Assembly: GCA_963665275.2 (NCBI GenBank)
Contig: CAXXIN010000014.1
Coordinates: 128,001 to 192,000 of the forward strand
DNA length: 64,000 nucleotides
Reading direction: 5' to 3'
Source: Negativicutes bacterium
GTDB lineage: Bacteria; Bacillota; Negativicutes; UBA1444
Shown here: positions 49,512 to 60,437 of the stretch, one piece after another
Layout of the letters: each line of letters begins with the position of its first letter
How positions within the stretch are numbered: the first letter of the stretch is position 1
Notes under the pieces: generated by a model
Told to the model about the DNA's origin: nothing
Database searches by the model: none
What the model saw: only the letters and a program-made list of their open reading frames with translations
Program-made: the position numbers and the translations under genes

Positions 49512-50906
49512 ATGAAAAATATGAGGCATGCTTTCACCCATTTCGTTTTCGCGGTTCTCTTGCTGGTTTTCCTGCCGGCTGCCGCTGGCCCTGCGGAAGA
49601 TTACAAGGAAGCCCGCTTGCTATATCTGAGTGCTGCGGCTAGTTTGGCAGCTTATCCCGGTATGGATGGCGATATTGTCATGGGCGCGGTCGGGCGCGAT
49701 GGCTGGGAGATAGTACCGTATATCCAAAAAGACACAGCTGCCAAGGCAAAGTTTTTCTTTGCCAGCAAGGAAGTGCCGTCTAAGCCTACGGAATATTTGT
49801 TGGCGATTGCCGGAACTTCTACCCGCACAGATCTCAAGTTGGATTTGCAAATTGGCAAAGTGTTTTTTGCCGGCAAAACCTTTGATGAGTTTCAGGCTAA
49901 TGCAACAATTAAACCGGCATTTCCTGAACAGGTGCCCATGGTTCATGAAGGCTTCAATCGACATGTTCAAACCGCTTTTTCGGCGGAGACACAGTCGGAT
50001 GGCAGTAAGCCGGGACGTAAAATAGTGGAGTTAATGTTGGAGCATCCAGACAGCGTTGTGTATTTGGCAGGACATAGTGCCGGGGGCAGTGCGGCCACGC
50101 TGCTCGGAGCCCGTCTCGTCAGCATGGGAGTAAAGCCCGGGCAAATAAAAATTATCACGTTCGGTGCTCCGGCCGTTGGTAATAAAGTGTTTGCTGAGAA
50201 GTATGAGCAAGATTTGGAGCAGATTCGCGTAGTGGTTGCAGGCGATCCGATCCCCGATCTGCTGAAAGTGTTTACCCGCGGATATCAGCACTTTGGTCGG
50301 GAAATCCGCTGGACTACCTCAGGGTATACATTCGACGAAAAGCACTATCCAAATATTTATTTGGATTGCGCTATCAAAAATTACTATGACAAGCGTTTAG
50401 CGGCAGCTGCAGCAGGGGACTCCGATGCCGTATTGCCTAATGAAACACCTGCCGTCGAAGGTGCACGTCTATATATTGCAGAGATCAACAACAGTTTGAC
50501 TAAATCGCTGGGCGAGGAATTCGAGTACATGCGTGAAGTATTGTTGGATCAATATCGGATAGCGATACCGGCCTATGTCATTGGAACTCCCGTTGAAAAT
50601 GACTCGTCACATTTCGAAGCGCTGCGAGCCAAAGCGGCAGAGGCGTCCTGCGATCGAATGGTGATTGTGAACATTTGGGGGAGTACGCAGAATGATCCGG
50701 CCGTCTATGATAAAGGCCTGATGTCCAAACCGGACGAGCCCTACGACCTGATTGTGCTTGAACAAACTGTATTTCGTGTTTCAGACGGAGCTCTGTTAGG
50801 CGGAAGAACTTATCAAAAAGGATCAAAATATTTTACACCGCTGGGTGCGTTAGCATCAGCAGCAGTTGCCATGGGCAGCGACAGTGCCGCTTGGAGCGGA
50901 CAATAA
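49512..50906 (+). CDS. Exported lipase class 3 family protein
   Basis: Signal peptide, VHEGF, AGHSAGG, TFGAPAVGN and DPIP motifs. Confidence 0.85.
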   Translation: MKNMRHAFTHFVFAVLLLVFLPAAAGPAEDYKEARLLYLSAAASLAAYPGMDGDIVMGAVGRDGWEIVPYIQKDTAAKAKFFFASKEVPSKPTEYLLAIAGTSTRTDLKLDLQIGKVFFAGKTFDEFQANATIKPAFPEQVPMVHEGFNRHVQTAFSAETQSDGSKPGRKIVELMLEHPDSVVYLAGHSAGGSAATLLGARLVSMGVKPGQIKIITFGAPAVGNKVFAEKYEQDLEQIRVVVAGDPIPDLLKVFTRGYQHFGREIRWTTSGYTFDEKHYPNIYLDCAIKNYYDKRLAAAAAGDSDAVLPNETPAVEGARLYIAEINNSLTKSLGEEFEYMREVLLDQYRIAIPAYVIGTPVENDSSHFEALRAKAAEASCDRMVIVNIWGSTQNDPAVYDKGLMSKPDEPYDLIVLEQTVFRVSDGALLGGRTYQKGSKYFTPLGALASAAVAMGSDSAAWSGQ

Positions 50907-50933
50907 ATGATTGTGGAAGGAGTAATGAAAAAA

Positions 50934-51401
50934 ATGAAAGGTGACACGAAACTGATTGAAACGTTGAATGGATTGCTGTCGGGAGAACTTACGGCCGTCA
51001 ACCAATACATTGTTCACGCAGAGATGTGCGCTAACTGGGGTTATGGTAAGCTACACGATCATTTCGAGACGAGGGCAATTGATGAAATGAAACACGTTGG
51101 CCTGCTCATTTCCCGGATTCTATTCCTGGAAGGCATACCCATCGTTAGTGAACTCAATAAAATTCATATTGGCGAAGACGTGGCTAATATGTTCCAAAAT
51201 GACCACAGGCATGAAAAAAAGACCATTGAAGACTACAACGAGGCGATCGAAGTAGCCGGCAAGGCCAAAGATTTTGCAACGCGTGAAATATTGGAAGGCA
51301 TCCTCAGCGATGAGGATGGACACATTAACGCCATCGAAGAGAATCAGGTGCAAATTGTTCAAATAACGTTAGAAATGTATCTGTCGACAAAGGTTGGATA
51401 A
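50934..51401 (+). CDS. bfr: Bacterioferritin
   Basis: MKGD..., ELTAVNQY, IDEMKH, RILFLEG and DEDGH motifs. Confidence 0.92.
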   Translation: MKGDTKLIETLNGLLSGELTAVNQYIVHAEMCANWGYGKLHDHFETRAIDEMKHVGLLISRILFLEGIPIVSELNKIHIGEDVANMFQNDHRHEKKTIEDYNEAIEVAGKAKDFATREILEGILSDEDGHINAIEENQVQIVQITLEMYLSTKVG

Positions 51402-51435
51402 TTTACCGCTGAAAAATAAATTATGGGAGAGTGTA

Positions 51436-51639
51436 ATGATGAACGAAGATATTCTGGAAGGGAAATGGCATGAACTGAAAGGCGGAGTCAAAGCGAAGTG
51501 GGGAAAACTAACCGAAGACGATCTCACCTTGGTGAACGGAGAATCCGAAAAACTCATGGGAGTTCTCCAAACACGATATGGGTATACCCGGGACAAAGCC
51601 AAAGAGGAATATGATCAATTTATCAACAACCAAAAATAA
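51436..51639 (+). CDS. CsbD/YjbJ family stress protein
   Basis: GKWHELKG.VK.KWGKLTEDDL...LQTRYG pattern. Confidence 0.9.
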   Translation: MMNEDILEGKWHELKGGVKAKWGKLTEDDLTLVNGESEKLMGVLQTRYGYTRDKAKEEYDQFINNQK

Positions 51640-51681
51640 GCCTTTATCAGGGTAAAGGCATTTGTTAGAGGAGAAAAAAAT

Positions 51682-52002
51682 ATGTCATTTATGGATTTGT
51701 TGCCAAAAAGCAATGTGGAACGCAAGCGCAATGCGCGTGAACAAGCTGCAGTTGGAGCCGCGATTGGCGTGACAGTCGGCGCCGTTGCCGGGATATTGCT
51801 GGCGCCAAAAGCTGGCAGAGAAACCAGGGCGGAACTTGTAACAAACATTCAGGAATTGCCGGAAAAAGTCCGGGAGTTGTCTGAAAAAACCAAAGAACTG
51901 GCTGGTGAAGCGAGGGGAAAAATCGCCGCAAAAATTAAAAAAGATCTATGTGGTTGCCCAGAAGCAGAGCCAGTTGAAAAAGAAGACTTTTCAACTGAAT
52001 GA
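51682..52002 (+). CDS. YtxH-domain protein
   Basis: GAVAGILLAPKAGRETR motif. Confidence 0.88.
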   Translation: MSFMDLLPKSNVERKRNAREQAAVGAAIGVTVGAVAGILLAPKAGRETRAELVTNIQELPEKVRELSEKTKELAGEARGKIAAKIKKDLCGCPEAEPVEKEDFSTE

Positions 52003-52024
52003 TTAAAGAAGGGGGGCAGTTATT

Positions 52025-52798
52025 GTGCTTAATAAAGCGAAAAATTTAGCAGGTTATACTTTGCTCGCGCGCGACGGAGAAGTGGGTAAGGTCAAAGAAT
52101 TCTATTTCGATGATCATCACTGGACCGTTCGCTATCTGGTCGTCGATACAGGAAACTGGATTTCTGGTCGACAAGTTTTAATTTCGCCGTATGTGATCAC
52201 AGCGGTGAATACACTCGAGAAAAACTTCGAGGTCGCCCTGACGAAAAAACAAATTGAGAACAGTCCGTCATTAGAAACGGACAAGCCCGTTTCACGGCAA
52301 TTTGAGGAAGTGTACAACGGGTACTATGAATTGCCGATGTATTGGAATGGTCCATTTGTATGGGGAGAACATCCTTTCATTGATCGCAACCATCAAAAAT
52401 CGCAGCCCATAAACCCGGGTGGAAAAACTTGGGACCCGAATCTGCGCAGTACAGCCGCCGTAACCGGCTACAACATTGAAGCGGCAGATGGCGATATAGG
52501 GAATGTCGACGATTTTATCATTGATGATGAGACGTGGAGCATTCGTTATATGGTTGTCGACACTGTGAACTGGTGGCCGGGGAAAAAGGTTCTGGTTTCG
52601 CCACTCTGGATTGAACGCGTGAGTTGGGCCCAGTCGAAAGTATTCGTTACTCTTTCCCGCGATGCCATTAAGAAGTCGCCAGAATACACTGAGAAGTTGC
52701 TGTTGAATCGCGAATATGAGACAGCACTGCATAAACATTACCGTCGTACGGGATACTGGGATGATGAGCAGGCTTTCAGAGAGCATACTACCTTATAG
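52025..52798 (+). CDS. Tandem PRC-barrel protein
   Basis: Two copies of GY...A.DG..G.V..F..DD..W..RY.VVDT..W..G..VL.SP. Confidence 0.88.
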   Translation: MLNKAKNLAGYTLLARDGEVGKVKEFYFDDHHWTVRYLVVDTGNWISGRQVLISPYVITAVNTLEKNFEVALTKKQIENSPSLETDKPVSRQFEEVYNGYYELPMYWNGPFVWGEHPFIDRNHQKSQPINPGGKTWDPNLRSTAAVTGYNIEAADGDIGNVDDFIIDDETWSIRYMVVDTVNWWPGKKVLVSPLWIERVSWAQSKVFVTLSRDAIKKSPEYTEKLLLNREYETALHKHYRRTGYWDDEQAFREHTTL

Positions 52799-52820
52799 AT
52801 AAATCCGTCAGTCTGGATAA

Positions 52821-52864
52821 ATGACAAGCCGTGTTCCGATGAAGTTCGGAACACGGCTTGTCAT
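52821..52864. terminator. Perfect 19-bp hairpin between convergent genes
   Basis: atgacaagccgtgttccga-tgaagt-tcggaacacggcttgtcat. Confidence 0.75.
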
Positions 52865-52882
52865 GAGTACGTCGGGTTTCGG

Positions 52883-55849
52883 TTAAGGCTTGACTATATC
52901 TGAAGTGATATCATCAATGGTCATGTATACCTGATACGGTTTGTTTTCTCCAGGCCAGAACTGCGGAATTGCGTTGACGCGAATCCAGATGAGGTTTTTT
53001 TTAAGCGGGGGCCGTAATCCCATGACGACCTCGTGAACTTTTTGACCGGTTGTCAGGGCCGTGATGGCGGGTTGCTCTTCTCTTGGGAAGTCGGTCCCGT
53101 CTTTGCGCAAGGTTTTGCCCAGGGGATTAAAGGGATCGCGTTTCTTCATCTTGTCGACCGTTAGTCCCAGTATTCTTTCTGCCGCAGAATTGGCATCAAG
53201 AATCTGGCCTTTATCATTCAGAAAAATTACTCCCTGCGGCATCGTTTCAAATAAGATACGGTATTTGGACTCGGTTTCACGCAGTGCCGACTGGGTTCGT
53301 TTCATCTGGGAAATATTGAAGAAAGAAATGACGCCGCCTTCAATTACGTTTTCCAGGGTGCGATAGGGCGATATATGAAGCAAAAACCACTCTCCCAGCT
53401 TGCTTTGAACTTCCACCTCGAGAGGAATGAGCGTTTCCAATACGGACTGCAAGTCTTCAACAAGGGAATTATAAGCGACCAGATTGGACGCGATATGTTC
53501 CACGGGCCTGCCAATATCTGACTGGATCAGGTTAATGACCTGGGTGGCCGCCGGGGTGAAACGCCGGATGCGAAGTTGGTGGTCAACAAAAACAGTTCCA
53601 ACACCGGTGCCGGCCAACAAATTGTTCATATCGTTATTGACCCAGGTGAGATCCGTTACTTTGGCCTGAAGTTCGGCGTTGACGGTGTATAGTTCCTCGT
53701 TGACGGATTGCAGTTCCTCCTTGGATGTTTCCATTTCTTCGTTCGTCGACTGCAACTCCTCATTGACGGCCTGCATTTCGTCATTGGAAGTTTCCCTGGC
53801 TTCGTTGGCTCGTTGTAGATATTCTTCCTTGAGTTTCAATTCTCGTTTCAATTCTTCGATAAAAGGGGAAGTGCTTTCATTTTCAGCAAATTCTTTTGAG
53901 TTCGCAAGGGCGGGGATGCTTTGACAAGGGTGATTTATATCTTGTGCGCGCTCCAGGATGACGAGGAACAGGGTCGTTCCTGTGCCTGACGAGGAGTCAA
54001 TCCCGACAGGTTTGACTGTCAGGTCAATGACGGATAGGGTCTCTTTCATTTTGACCGTTAGACCTTTACGGACGATCTTCTCATTCTGCTTCACCGCTTT
54101 TTGCAGCGCGCGGGTAATCTCTTTTTGCAGGACTCCGTGCGCCATTTTCAGGAGACTATTCAGCCGCTGTTCGCCTTGCGCAGGTTCCAGGTATTGACCG
54201 GCATACCCCTCGAGATAGAGCAGGTCGCCATGTTCGTTGACCAGAGCGCCGACCGCAGCATAATGTTCAAGCAGGGCCTGTTCGGTTAATTCGCGCAAGG
54301 AGATTCTCGGTTTATCGAAATTTCTGCCGGAATTTTGGAACGTAGCCGGAGAATCAGGCCGCGGTGACGGATACTTCATGCGAGTAGGACGGGCAGACCC
54401 CAAAAGATCTTCTTTGCGTTGATAAAGTTTTGCCTGTGGGTCGATGGTGGTGAATACATCAGCATATTCGCCGACAGTCTCCGACGTTCCCAAAAATAGT
54501 ATTCCGCAGGAGTTCAAAGCAAAGTGGAACAAGCGGAGGATTCTTTTTTGCAAATCAGGCTCCAGATAAATCAGCAAATTGCGGCAACTGATCAGATTGA
54601 GCTTCGAAAAAGGCGGATCTTTTATCAAGTCATGTTCAGAAAATATCAGGAGGTCTCGAATTGTTTTGTGTACCCGATAACTGCCGTCAGTACTCGGAAC
54701 AAAAAAGCGCGCCAACCGTTCCGGGGTCAAATCTGCTGCAACCGTTTCGGGATAGAGGGCGGATCGCCCCCGCGCAATGGCTTTGCTGTCGATGTCGGTT
54801 GCAAACACCTGTAGTTTGAAGTGCTGTTTCAGCGCATCCATCCGTTCTTGCAGCAAAATGGCGATTGAATAGGCTTCTTCACCGGTTGAACAGGCAGGCA
54901 CCCAGACCCGGATCGCCGAACCGGGCATTTTGCCCTCGAATAAGGAGGGGATCACTTGGGACTCGAGAACAGCAAAGGCTTCTTTGTCGCGAAAAAAACT
55001 GGTGACACCGATCAACAGATCTTTGAATAGAAGATCCAGCTCTGCTGGCGTCTGCTGCAAATAACGGAGGTATTCTTCCGGACCCGACAGCTTGTGAACA
55101 GCCATTCGCCTTGCTACCCGACGACTGATGGTATTGGGCTTGTATAGGGAAAAATCATGTCCGGTGTGGGCAAGCAGCAGGGTGAATATTTTTTTCATCG
55201 TATCGTCAGGGCGTGCGGAGGGCGGTGGCGCGTGGGTGACAAAATCAATTAGTGCCGCCGGCATTTCAGCGGGTGGCAGGACATAATCCACCACCCCGGC
55301 AGCGATGACGCTGCGCGGCATGCCGTCATATTCCGCGGATTCAGTGTTTTGCGACATTACCATGCCGCCTTCGTCTTTGATCGCAATCGCTCCCAAAGTA
55401 CCATCATTGCCAGTTCCTGAAAGTATGACGCCGATGGCGAGTTCGTGTTGGGCAGCTGCAAGTGAAAGAAAGAACATGTCGATTGGTAGTCGTTGCCCCC
55501 TGGGCGAGGACGGTTTCGATAATTGCAAAGACCCATTTACCAGCGTCATGTCCCGGTTGGGGGGGATGACATAAACATGATTGGTCTGGATGATTGTCCC
55601 ATCTTCGACTTCCGTGACTGGCATGCTGGTATGTTTTTGAATCAGTTCACAGAGAAGGCTTTTGTGGTCGGGAGCTAAATGTTGAATCAAAACAAAGGCC
55701 ATGCCGGTATCGAGGGCAGCAGGCATGGCCGAAAAGAAAGCGTCAAACGCTGCAAGACCACCAGCGGAGGCGCCGATGGCTACGATGGGAACCGGCGTAA
55801 GTACGCCAGACGGTTTTTTTGAAGGAATCCGTTTTTTATTCATTGTCAT
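52883..55849 (-). CDS. CheB-CheR fusion with coiled coil and PAS domains
   Basis: GASAGG, IQHL and SGTGNDG (CheB); [16 protein letters not shown] and CRNLLIY (CheR); [20 protein letters not shown] coil. Confidence 0.92.
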   Translation of the reverse strand: MTMNKKRIPSKKPSGVLTPVPIVAIGASAGGLAAFDAFFSAMPAALDTGMAFVLIQHLAPDHKSLLCELIQKHTSMPVTEVEDGTIIQTNHVYVIPPNRDMTLVNGSLQLSKPSSPRGQRLPIDMFFLSLAAAQHELAIGVILSGTGNDGTLGAIAIKDEGGMVMSQNTESAEYDGMPRSVIAAGVVDYVLPPAEMPAALIDFVTHAPPPSARPDDTMKKIFTLLLAHTGHDFSLYKPNTISRRVARRMAVHKLSGPEEYLRYLQQTPAELDLLFKDLLIGVTSFFRDKEAFAVLESQVIPSLFEGKMPGSAIRVWVPACSTGEEAYSIAILLQERMDALKQHFKLQVFATDIDSKAIARGRSALYPETVAADLTPERLARFFVPSTDGSYRVHKTIRDLLIFSEHDLIKDPPFSKLNLISCRNLLIYLEPDLQKRILRLFHFALNSCGILFLGTSETVGEYADVFTTIDPQAKLYQRKEDLLGSARPTRMKYPSPRPDSPATFQNSGRNFDKPRISLRELTEQALLEHYAAVGALVNEHGDLLYLEGYAGQYLEPAQGEQRLNSLLKMAHGVLQKEITRALQKAVKQNEKIVRKGLTVKMKETLSVIDLTVKPVGIDSSSGTGTTLFLVILERAQDINHPCQSIPALANSKEFAENESTSPFIEELKRELKLKEEYLQRANEARETSNDEMQAVNEELQSTNEEMETSKEELQSVNEELYTVNAELQAKVTDLTWVNNDMNNLLAGTGVGTVFVDHQLRIRRFTPAATQVINLIQSDIGRPVEHIASNLVAYNSLVEDLQSVLETLIPLEVEVQSKLGEWFLLHISPYRTLENVIEGGVISFFNISQMKRTQSALRETESKYRILFETMPQGVIFLNDKGQILDANSAAERILGLTVDKMKKRDPFNPLGKTLRKDGTDFPREEQPAITALTTGQKVHEVVMGLRPPLKKNLIWIRVNAIPQFWPGENKPYQVYMTIDDITSDIVKP

Positions 55850-56094
55850 GGCAGCCTCCAGTATATATGCGTTGTAGTAAGGGCTACCCCTTTGATCGGT
55901 GCGTAATACATCATTATATCACTTTTAAAAGAAAAATGATGAATAATTATAAATTTTCAGACTAATATGGCGGTGATGATAGGAACACTGATAATATCTG
56001 TGTTATATTATAATTGACAGATGAATATTGAGAGTGGACTTTCGGACTCAAGGAGCGCCGGGTCTATATTGAAATATCAGGGAGGACTAAGGGG

Positions 56095-57462
56095 ATGCCA
56101 AAGAAAAAAAACGCGCTAGAGGCAATCAATGACGCGGTAGAAGTCGCCGGTGAGGAACGTCGGCGACTGGCGGAGACTATAGTTCGGGAAACTATGGAGC
56201 AGGCGCCGGACGAGCCGGGAGAGCTCACCGTAGATACGGCGAGTCGGTTGCTTCATGAACTGCGAGTGCATCAAATCGAGCTGGAAATGCAGAACAATGA
56301 GCTGCGTCGGTCCCAACAGGGACTGGAAAAGTCCCGCACGCTATTTTTCGAGTTATATAATCTGGCGCCAGTAGGTTATGTTACGCTAAACGAAAAAGGC
56401 ATGATCGTGGGGGCGAATTTTACATTTGCCGCGATGGTGGATGCAACGATGAGTACGATTCTGGCAAAGCCGTTTTCTCAATTTGTCTGTCATGACGACC
56501 AAGATATTTACTATTGCTGGGAAAAGAAACTCAGGAAAAAGAATGCTTCGCACACGTGTGAGTTGCGGTTGGAAAAGAAAGATGGCACGCAATTTTGGAT
56601 ACATCTGGTGGCCAACCTAACACAGGATGCTGATGGGAAAAGAGTCATTCGCGTCGTGGTGAGCGATATTTCTGAATTGAAAAAAACGGAGCACGAACTG
56701 GCTGCAGCCAATCGTACCATCGAGGAAACGTCCAAGGCGAAGTCGATTTTCCTGGCCAACATGTCCCATGAATTACGGACTCCGCTCAACACGATCATCG
56801 GATTTTCTGAAGTGATGCAGGATGAATTGTTTGGGCCTCTGAATGCGAAGCAGATGACATTTGTGGAGAACATCCTGAACAGCGGACGACACCTGCTCAG
56901 TCTCATCAACGATATTCTCGATATCAGCAAAGTGGAAGCGCAAAAAATGACTCTGGAGCTGGACCGTATAAACCTGGCGGATATATGCAAAGGAACTGTG
57001 GCTGCATTCAGCGAAAAAGCACGCAAAAAAGAGGTCACATTGGCCTATTCGTTTGATCCAAACCTAGTCGACGTGCCGATAGTTGCTGACGGGCGTAAAA
57101 TCAAACAAATCCTCTATAACCTTGTCGATAACGGCATTAAATTCAATCACTCACAGGGGTCTGTAAGCATATCGGTTCAAAAAGACAGTGACCTCGCGAT
57201 CCCTGCAGGGATAAAAATTATCGTGGAAGACACTGGAATCGGAATAGCAGACGAGGATCAAGAGAAGCTGTTCCTGCCGTTCAGCCAGCTGGCGCAGTCG
57301 TATTACGATCGACAAACGGAGGGGACCGGATTGGGACTGGCCCTGACCAAGCATCTGGTTGAACTGCACGGTGGCAAGATCTTTCTTCAGAGTGACCCAG
57401 GGCAAGGGTCTCGGTTCACTATTGTATTACCGTTGAATCGGCATGAATCCGGCAACGTCTAA
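56095..57462 (+). CDS. Cytoplasmic PAS histidine kinase
   Basis: HELRVHQIELEMQN, FLANMSHELRTPL, DTGIGI and GTGLGL motifs. Confidence 0.92.
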   Translation: MPKKKNALEAINDAVEVAGEERRRLAETIVRETMEQAPDEPGELTVDTASRLLHELRVHQIELEMQNNELRRSQQGLEKSRTLFFELYNLAPVGYVTLNEKGMIVGANFTFAAMVDATMSTILAKPFSQFVCHDDQDIYYCWEKKLRKKNASHTCELRLEKKDGTQFWIHLVANLTQDADGKRVIRVVVSDISELKKTEHELAAANRTIEETSKAKSIFLANMSHELRTPLNTIIGFSEVMQDELFGPLNAKQMTFVENILNSGRHLLSLINDILDISKVEAQKMTLELDRINLADICKGTVAAFSEKARKKEVTLAYSFDPNLVDVPIVADGRKIKQILYNLVDNGIKFNHSQGSVSISVQKDSDLAIPAGIKIIVEDTGIGIADEDQEKLFLPFSQLAQSYYDRQTEGTGLGLALTKHLVELHGGKIFLQSDPGQGSRFTIVLPLNRHESGNV

Positions 57463-57473
57463 GGAGAGAACAC

Positions 57474-57878
57474 ATGGCCAAAACAATTCTGGTTGTAGAA
57501 GATAATGAAATGAATCGACTATTAATGGTCGAAGTATTGAGACATTACGGGTATGAGGTTCTGGAAGCCAGCAATGGCGCCCAGGCTTTGCTATTGACCC
57601 GTGAGCAGCCAATCGACCTGATCATAATGGACATGCAAATGCCGATTATGAATGGGTATGAAACGATCAAAGTTCTTCGGTCCGATGCAAGAACCGCCGG
57701 GATCAAGATTATTGCGGTCACCTCCTTTGCACTCGACGAGGAAAAGAACCGCATCCTCGCGACGGGTATCGATGTATTTGTGCCTAAACCGATTGATACC
57801 CGTACATTCTCCAAACTGGTAAAACAAATTCTTGATCAGAGCAATAACGCGCCGTTTAAAGGCGGGAGGGAACAATGA
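57474..57878 (+). CDS. Single-domain response regulator (DivK-like)
   Basis: VEDNEMN, MDMQMP and KPID motifs. Confidence 0.9.
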   Translation: MAKTILVVEDNEMNRLLMVEVLRHYGYEVLEASNGAQALLLTREQPIDLIIMDMQMPIMNGYETIKVLRSDARTAGIKIIAVTSFALDEEKNRILATGIDVFVPKPIDTRTFSKLVKQILDQSNNAPFKGGREQ

Positions 57879-59479
57879 AACGTCAGGTCACAGTCATGGT
57901 AGTGGATGATAACCCATTAAACCTCAGCTTAATGGAAGCAATGCTCACGCCAGAAGGTTACTTTGTGATTATGCACGAGTCAGGGGAAGCTTGCCTGGCG
58001 GCCGTTCGGCAAAAGGCGCCAGATGTTATCCTGCTTGATGCCATGATGCCTAATCTGGATGGGTTTCAAGTTCTCAGGCAATTGAAAGCGGATGAAGCAA
58101 CCCGGATGATTCCCGTGGTCATGGTGACGTCGCTCTCAGGCATGAAAGACCGGGTTGAAGCTTTGGATGCGGGTGCAGACGACTTCCTGACCAAACCGGT
58201 GACGCGCATAGAGCTGCTGGCCAGAGTGCGGTCGCTTCTCAAAATAAAATCATACAATGATCAACTTATCGAAAGTGAGCAACGTTATCGTGAGTTGGTG
58301 CATGATGCCAATGTCATCATCTTCGTTACAGACAGCCAAGGCAAGATCACATTTATGAATGAATACGGCCTGTCGTTTTTTGGCTATGCTGCAGAGGAAG
58401 TGATTGGCAAGACGGAAATCGATACCATCTTGCCTGAGTATGAATCAACGGGGCGGAATCTGAAAAAAAACGCTGAGGAGGTCAAAACCAATATTGCGCT
58501 GTATCAGCGATACAGGCATGAAAACATCACCAAGGCCCACCGGCGGGTTTGGGTGGACTGGACGAACCGATGCGTGATGGATAAAGAAACTGGCAAAATG
58601 GGACTGTTATGCGTGGGCGCCGATGTTACCGCCGCTAAATGGGCGGAGCAGGAAAAGCTGCGGCAACATGCCCGGTATAAGAGACGGGACATTTTGAATG
58701 ATGGGATGAATCGGCGAATTTCTCAAACCGAGTTGCTCGATCAACTCAGACAGTTGGGGTTGGCAGTCGAGGCGCCTTTTGTTGTGACTGTGCTGAAGAT
58801 TCCTGCGCAATATACTCCAGAGGCCGCCGGCGACGCCGAAGGGATGGAGCGACAGCATCATATCGATCGGCTGATTGATTTTCTGCATGACTCAGATGTC
58901 GGCGTTGTCTGGCAAACGCCTGCAGGTATCGCTGTTGCCCAGTCTTTTCCTATTTCCCGCAACTGCGCTGCATCTATCGATGGTTCGAAGGCGGCGGCCG
59001 CCGAGCTGATAAAAACAGTATCGCGCTATTGGCTGGGCGAGGAGATCAGCGCCGGAGTTGCCCATTCCACGGATGAACCCCAAGATTTGGCGGAGCTGTT
59101 TGAAGAGGCACGTGCGGCATTGCAGTATGCGTCGATACTGGAGGCAGACAAGACTGTGCATCATTGGAACGATCTGGGATGTCTTCAGTTTGTCGTCAAA
59201 GATCTCAGATCTTCGCAGGTACGACGATTTATCCAGGAACATTTGGGACCGGTGCTCAACAAAAAAAATGCGGGGAATTCCGCAGAAACACTGGCCACAC
59301 TGAATGCGATTGTATCGGGTGACTCGCTCCAGGTGATTGCAGATCGACTTTACGTGCATAAACAGACCATTGTATTTCGCAAAAGAAAGCTCGAGGAAAC
59401 CTTGGGTGTGGATCTGGATGTGCTCGAAACACGGATGAATCTGGCAGTTGCGATGAAGCTTTTAACCTTGTTGTCTTAG
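57875..59479 (+). CDS. REC-PAS-PucR/CdaR-type transcriptional regulator
   Basis: N-terminal REC, central PAS, C-terminal IADRLYVHKQTIVFRKRKLEETLGVDL HTH. Confidence 0.82.
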   Translation: MKRQVTVMVVDDNPLNLSLMEAMLTPEGYFVIMHESGEACLAAVRQKAPDVILLDAMMPNLDGFQVLRQLKADEATRMIPVVMVTSLSGMKDRVEALDAGADDFLTKPVTRIELLARVRSLLKIKSYNDQLIESEQRYRELVHDANVIIFVTDSQGKITFMNEYGLSFFGYAAEEVIGKTEIDTILPEYESTGRNLKKNAEEVKTNIALYQRYRHENITKAHRRVWVDWTNRCVMDKETGKMGLLCVGADVTAAKWAEQEKLRQHARYKRRDILNDGMNRRISQTELLDQLRQLGLAVEAPFVVTVLKIPAQYTPEAAGDAEGMERQHHIDRLIDFLHDSDVGVVWQTPAGIAVAQSFPISRNCAASIDGSKAAAAELIKTVSRYWLGEEISAGVAHSTDEPQDLAELFEEARAALQYASILEADKTVHHWNDLGCLQFVVKDLRSSQVRRFIQEHLGPVLNKKNAGNSAETLATLNAIVSGDSLQVIADRLYVHKQTIVFRKRKLEETLGVDLDVLETRMNLAVAMKLLTLLS

Positions 59480-59505
59480 AATCAGATTGATCATTTTCAT
59501 CAATT

Positions 59506-59563
59506 AGGAAGCAGGCAAGAGGGGGCTTATGCTATGGCATAAGCCCCCTCTTGCCTGCTTCCT
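59506..59563 (+). terminator. Perfect 27-bp hairpin
   Basis: aggaagcaggcaagagggggcttatgc-tatg-gcataagccccctcttgcctgcttcct. Confidence 0.75.
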
Positions 59564-59596
59564 TTGAGGATTGAACGGGAATATGACAGCGGCAAA

Positions 59597-59687
59597 ATTT
59601 TGTAACAACGTAATAAATCAGCCCAGATTTATTGCCTAAATTTCATTTCGTCGTTCTAATGTACTCCGTGTGACTTTAGCGTAATCT
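59597..59687 (+). promoter_or_regulatory. Promoter motif shared with 49354-49445
   Basis: Two conserved blocks plus a -10-like hexamer at the same offset in both copies. Confidence 0.6.
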
Positions 59688-59806
59688 ATAACTATAGAAA
59701 GACTCGTGTCTGAATAACGCTGCGGATTAACTGAACGGTTTGGCGGAGCACCGGAGAAGTTTACGGGTTGAAGCTATTTGTTTAAAAATGGAGGGAGTGC
59801 ATTCTG

Positions 59807-60373
59807 ATGAAAATGAAATCGATCGTCAAAACTTTTGCCGTCCTATTGGTGTTTGTGTTCAGCATTTCGGTGGCCAGTGCCGCCAGCTTGACCGAGCAAC
59901 GTCAACACATCCGGGATATTTCACGTACAACGCTATTGAAGCTCTACGACTTGCAGCCAGCTGCGCGAGGCTACGTTGAAAATGCCGCCGGGTATGGCGT
60001 GTTCGGAAATTGGGGCGTGAAGCTCCTGTTCATCGGTGGCGGAACCGGCAAGGGAATGGCTGTGAACAATAGCAACAATCATGAAACCTTCATGGATATG
60101 GTTGCCGGCACAGTCGGGTTTGGACTCGGTGCAAAAACTTACAACGTCGTATTCATCTTTGAAACCGAACAGGCATTGGAAGACTTTACGAACAATGGCT
60201 GGCAGTTTGGCGGGCAAGTTTCGGCGGTGGCTACAGATAGCGTGGCGGGCGGCGGCTATCAGGGAGCTTTCTCCGTATCGCCTGGCGTGTGGATGTATGA
60301 AATGACTGACACGGGGCTAGCGTTGGAAGTTACGCTCAAAGGCACCAAATTTTCGAAGAATGACTTGAACTGA
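59807..60373 (+). CDS. YSC84/SYLF-domain exported protein
   Basis: Signal peptide, AAGYGVF, GGGTGKG, GFGLGA and GWQFGGQ motifs. Confidence 0.8.
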   Translation: MKMKSIVKTFAVLLVFVFSISVASAASLTEQRQHIRDISRTTLLKLYDLQPAARGYVENAAGYGVFGNWGVKLLFIGGGTGKGMAVNNSNNHETFMDMVAGTVGFGLGAKTYNVVFIFETEQALEDFTNNGWQFGGQVSAVATDSVAGGGYQGAFSVSPGVWMYEMTDTGLALEVTLKGTKFSKNDLN

Positions 60374-60437
60374 ACAAAGATAAGGTGCTCGTCAGATTGC
60401 CAAATAAAATCCCCAATAAAGTAAGGAGTGAGGTTAG

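Noticed and set aside
52883-55849. CheB-CheR fusion as the adaptation module of the CheA cluster at 25-31 kb
   Set aside because: It is over 20 kb away and has the PAS/coiled-coil architecture tied to the adjacent kinase; no evidence links the two
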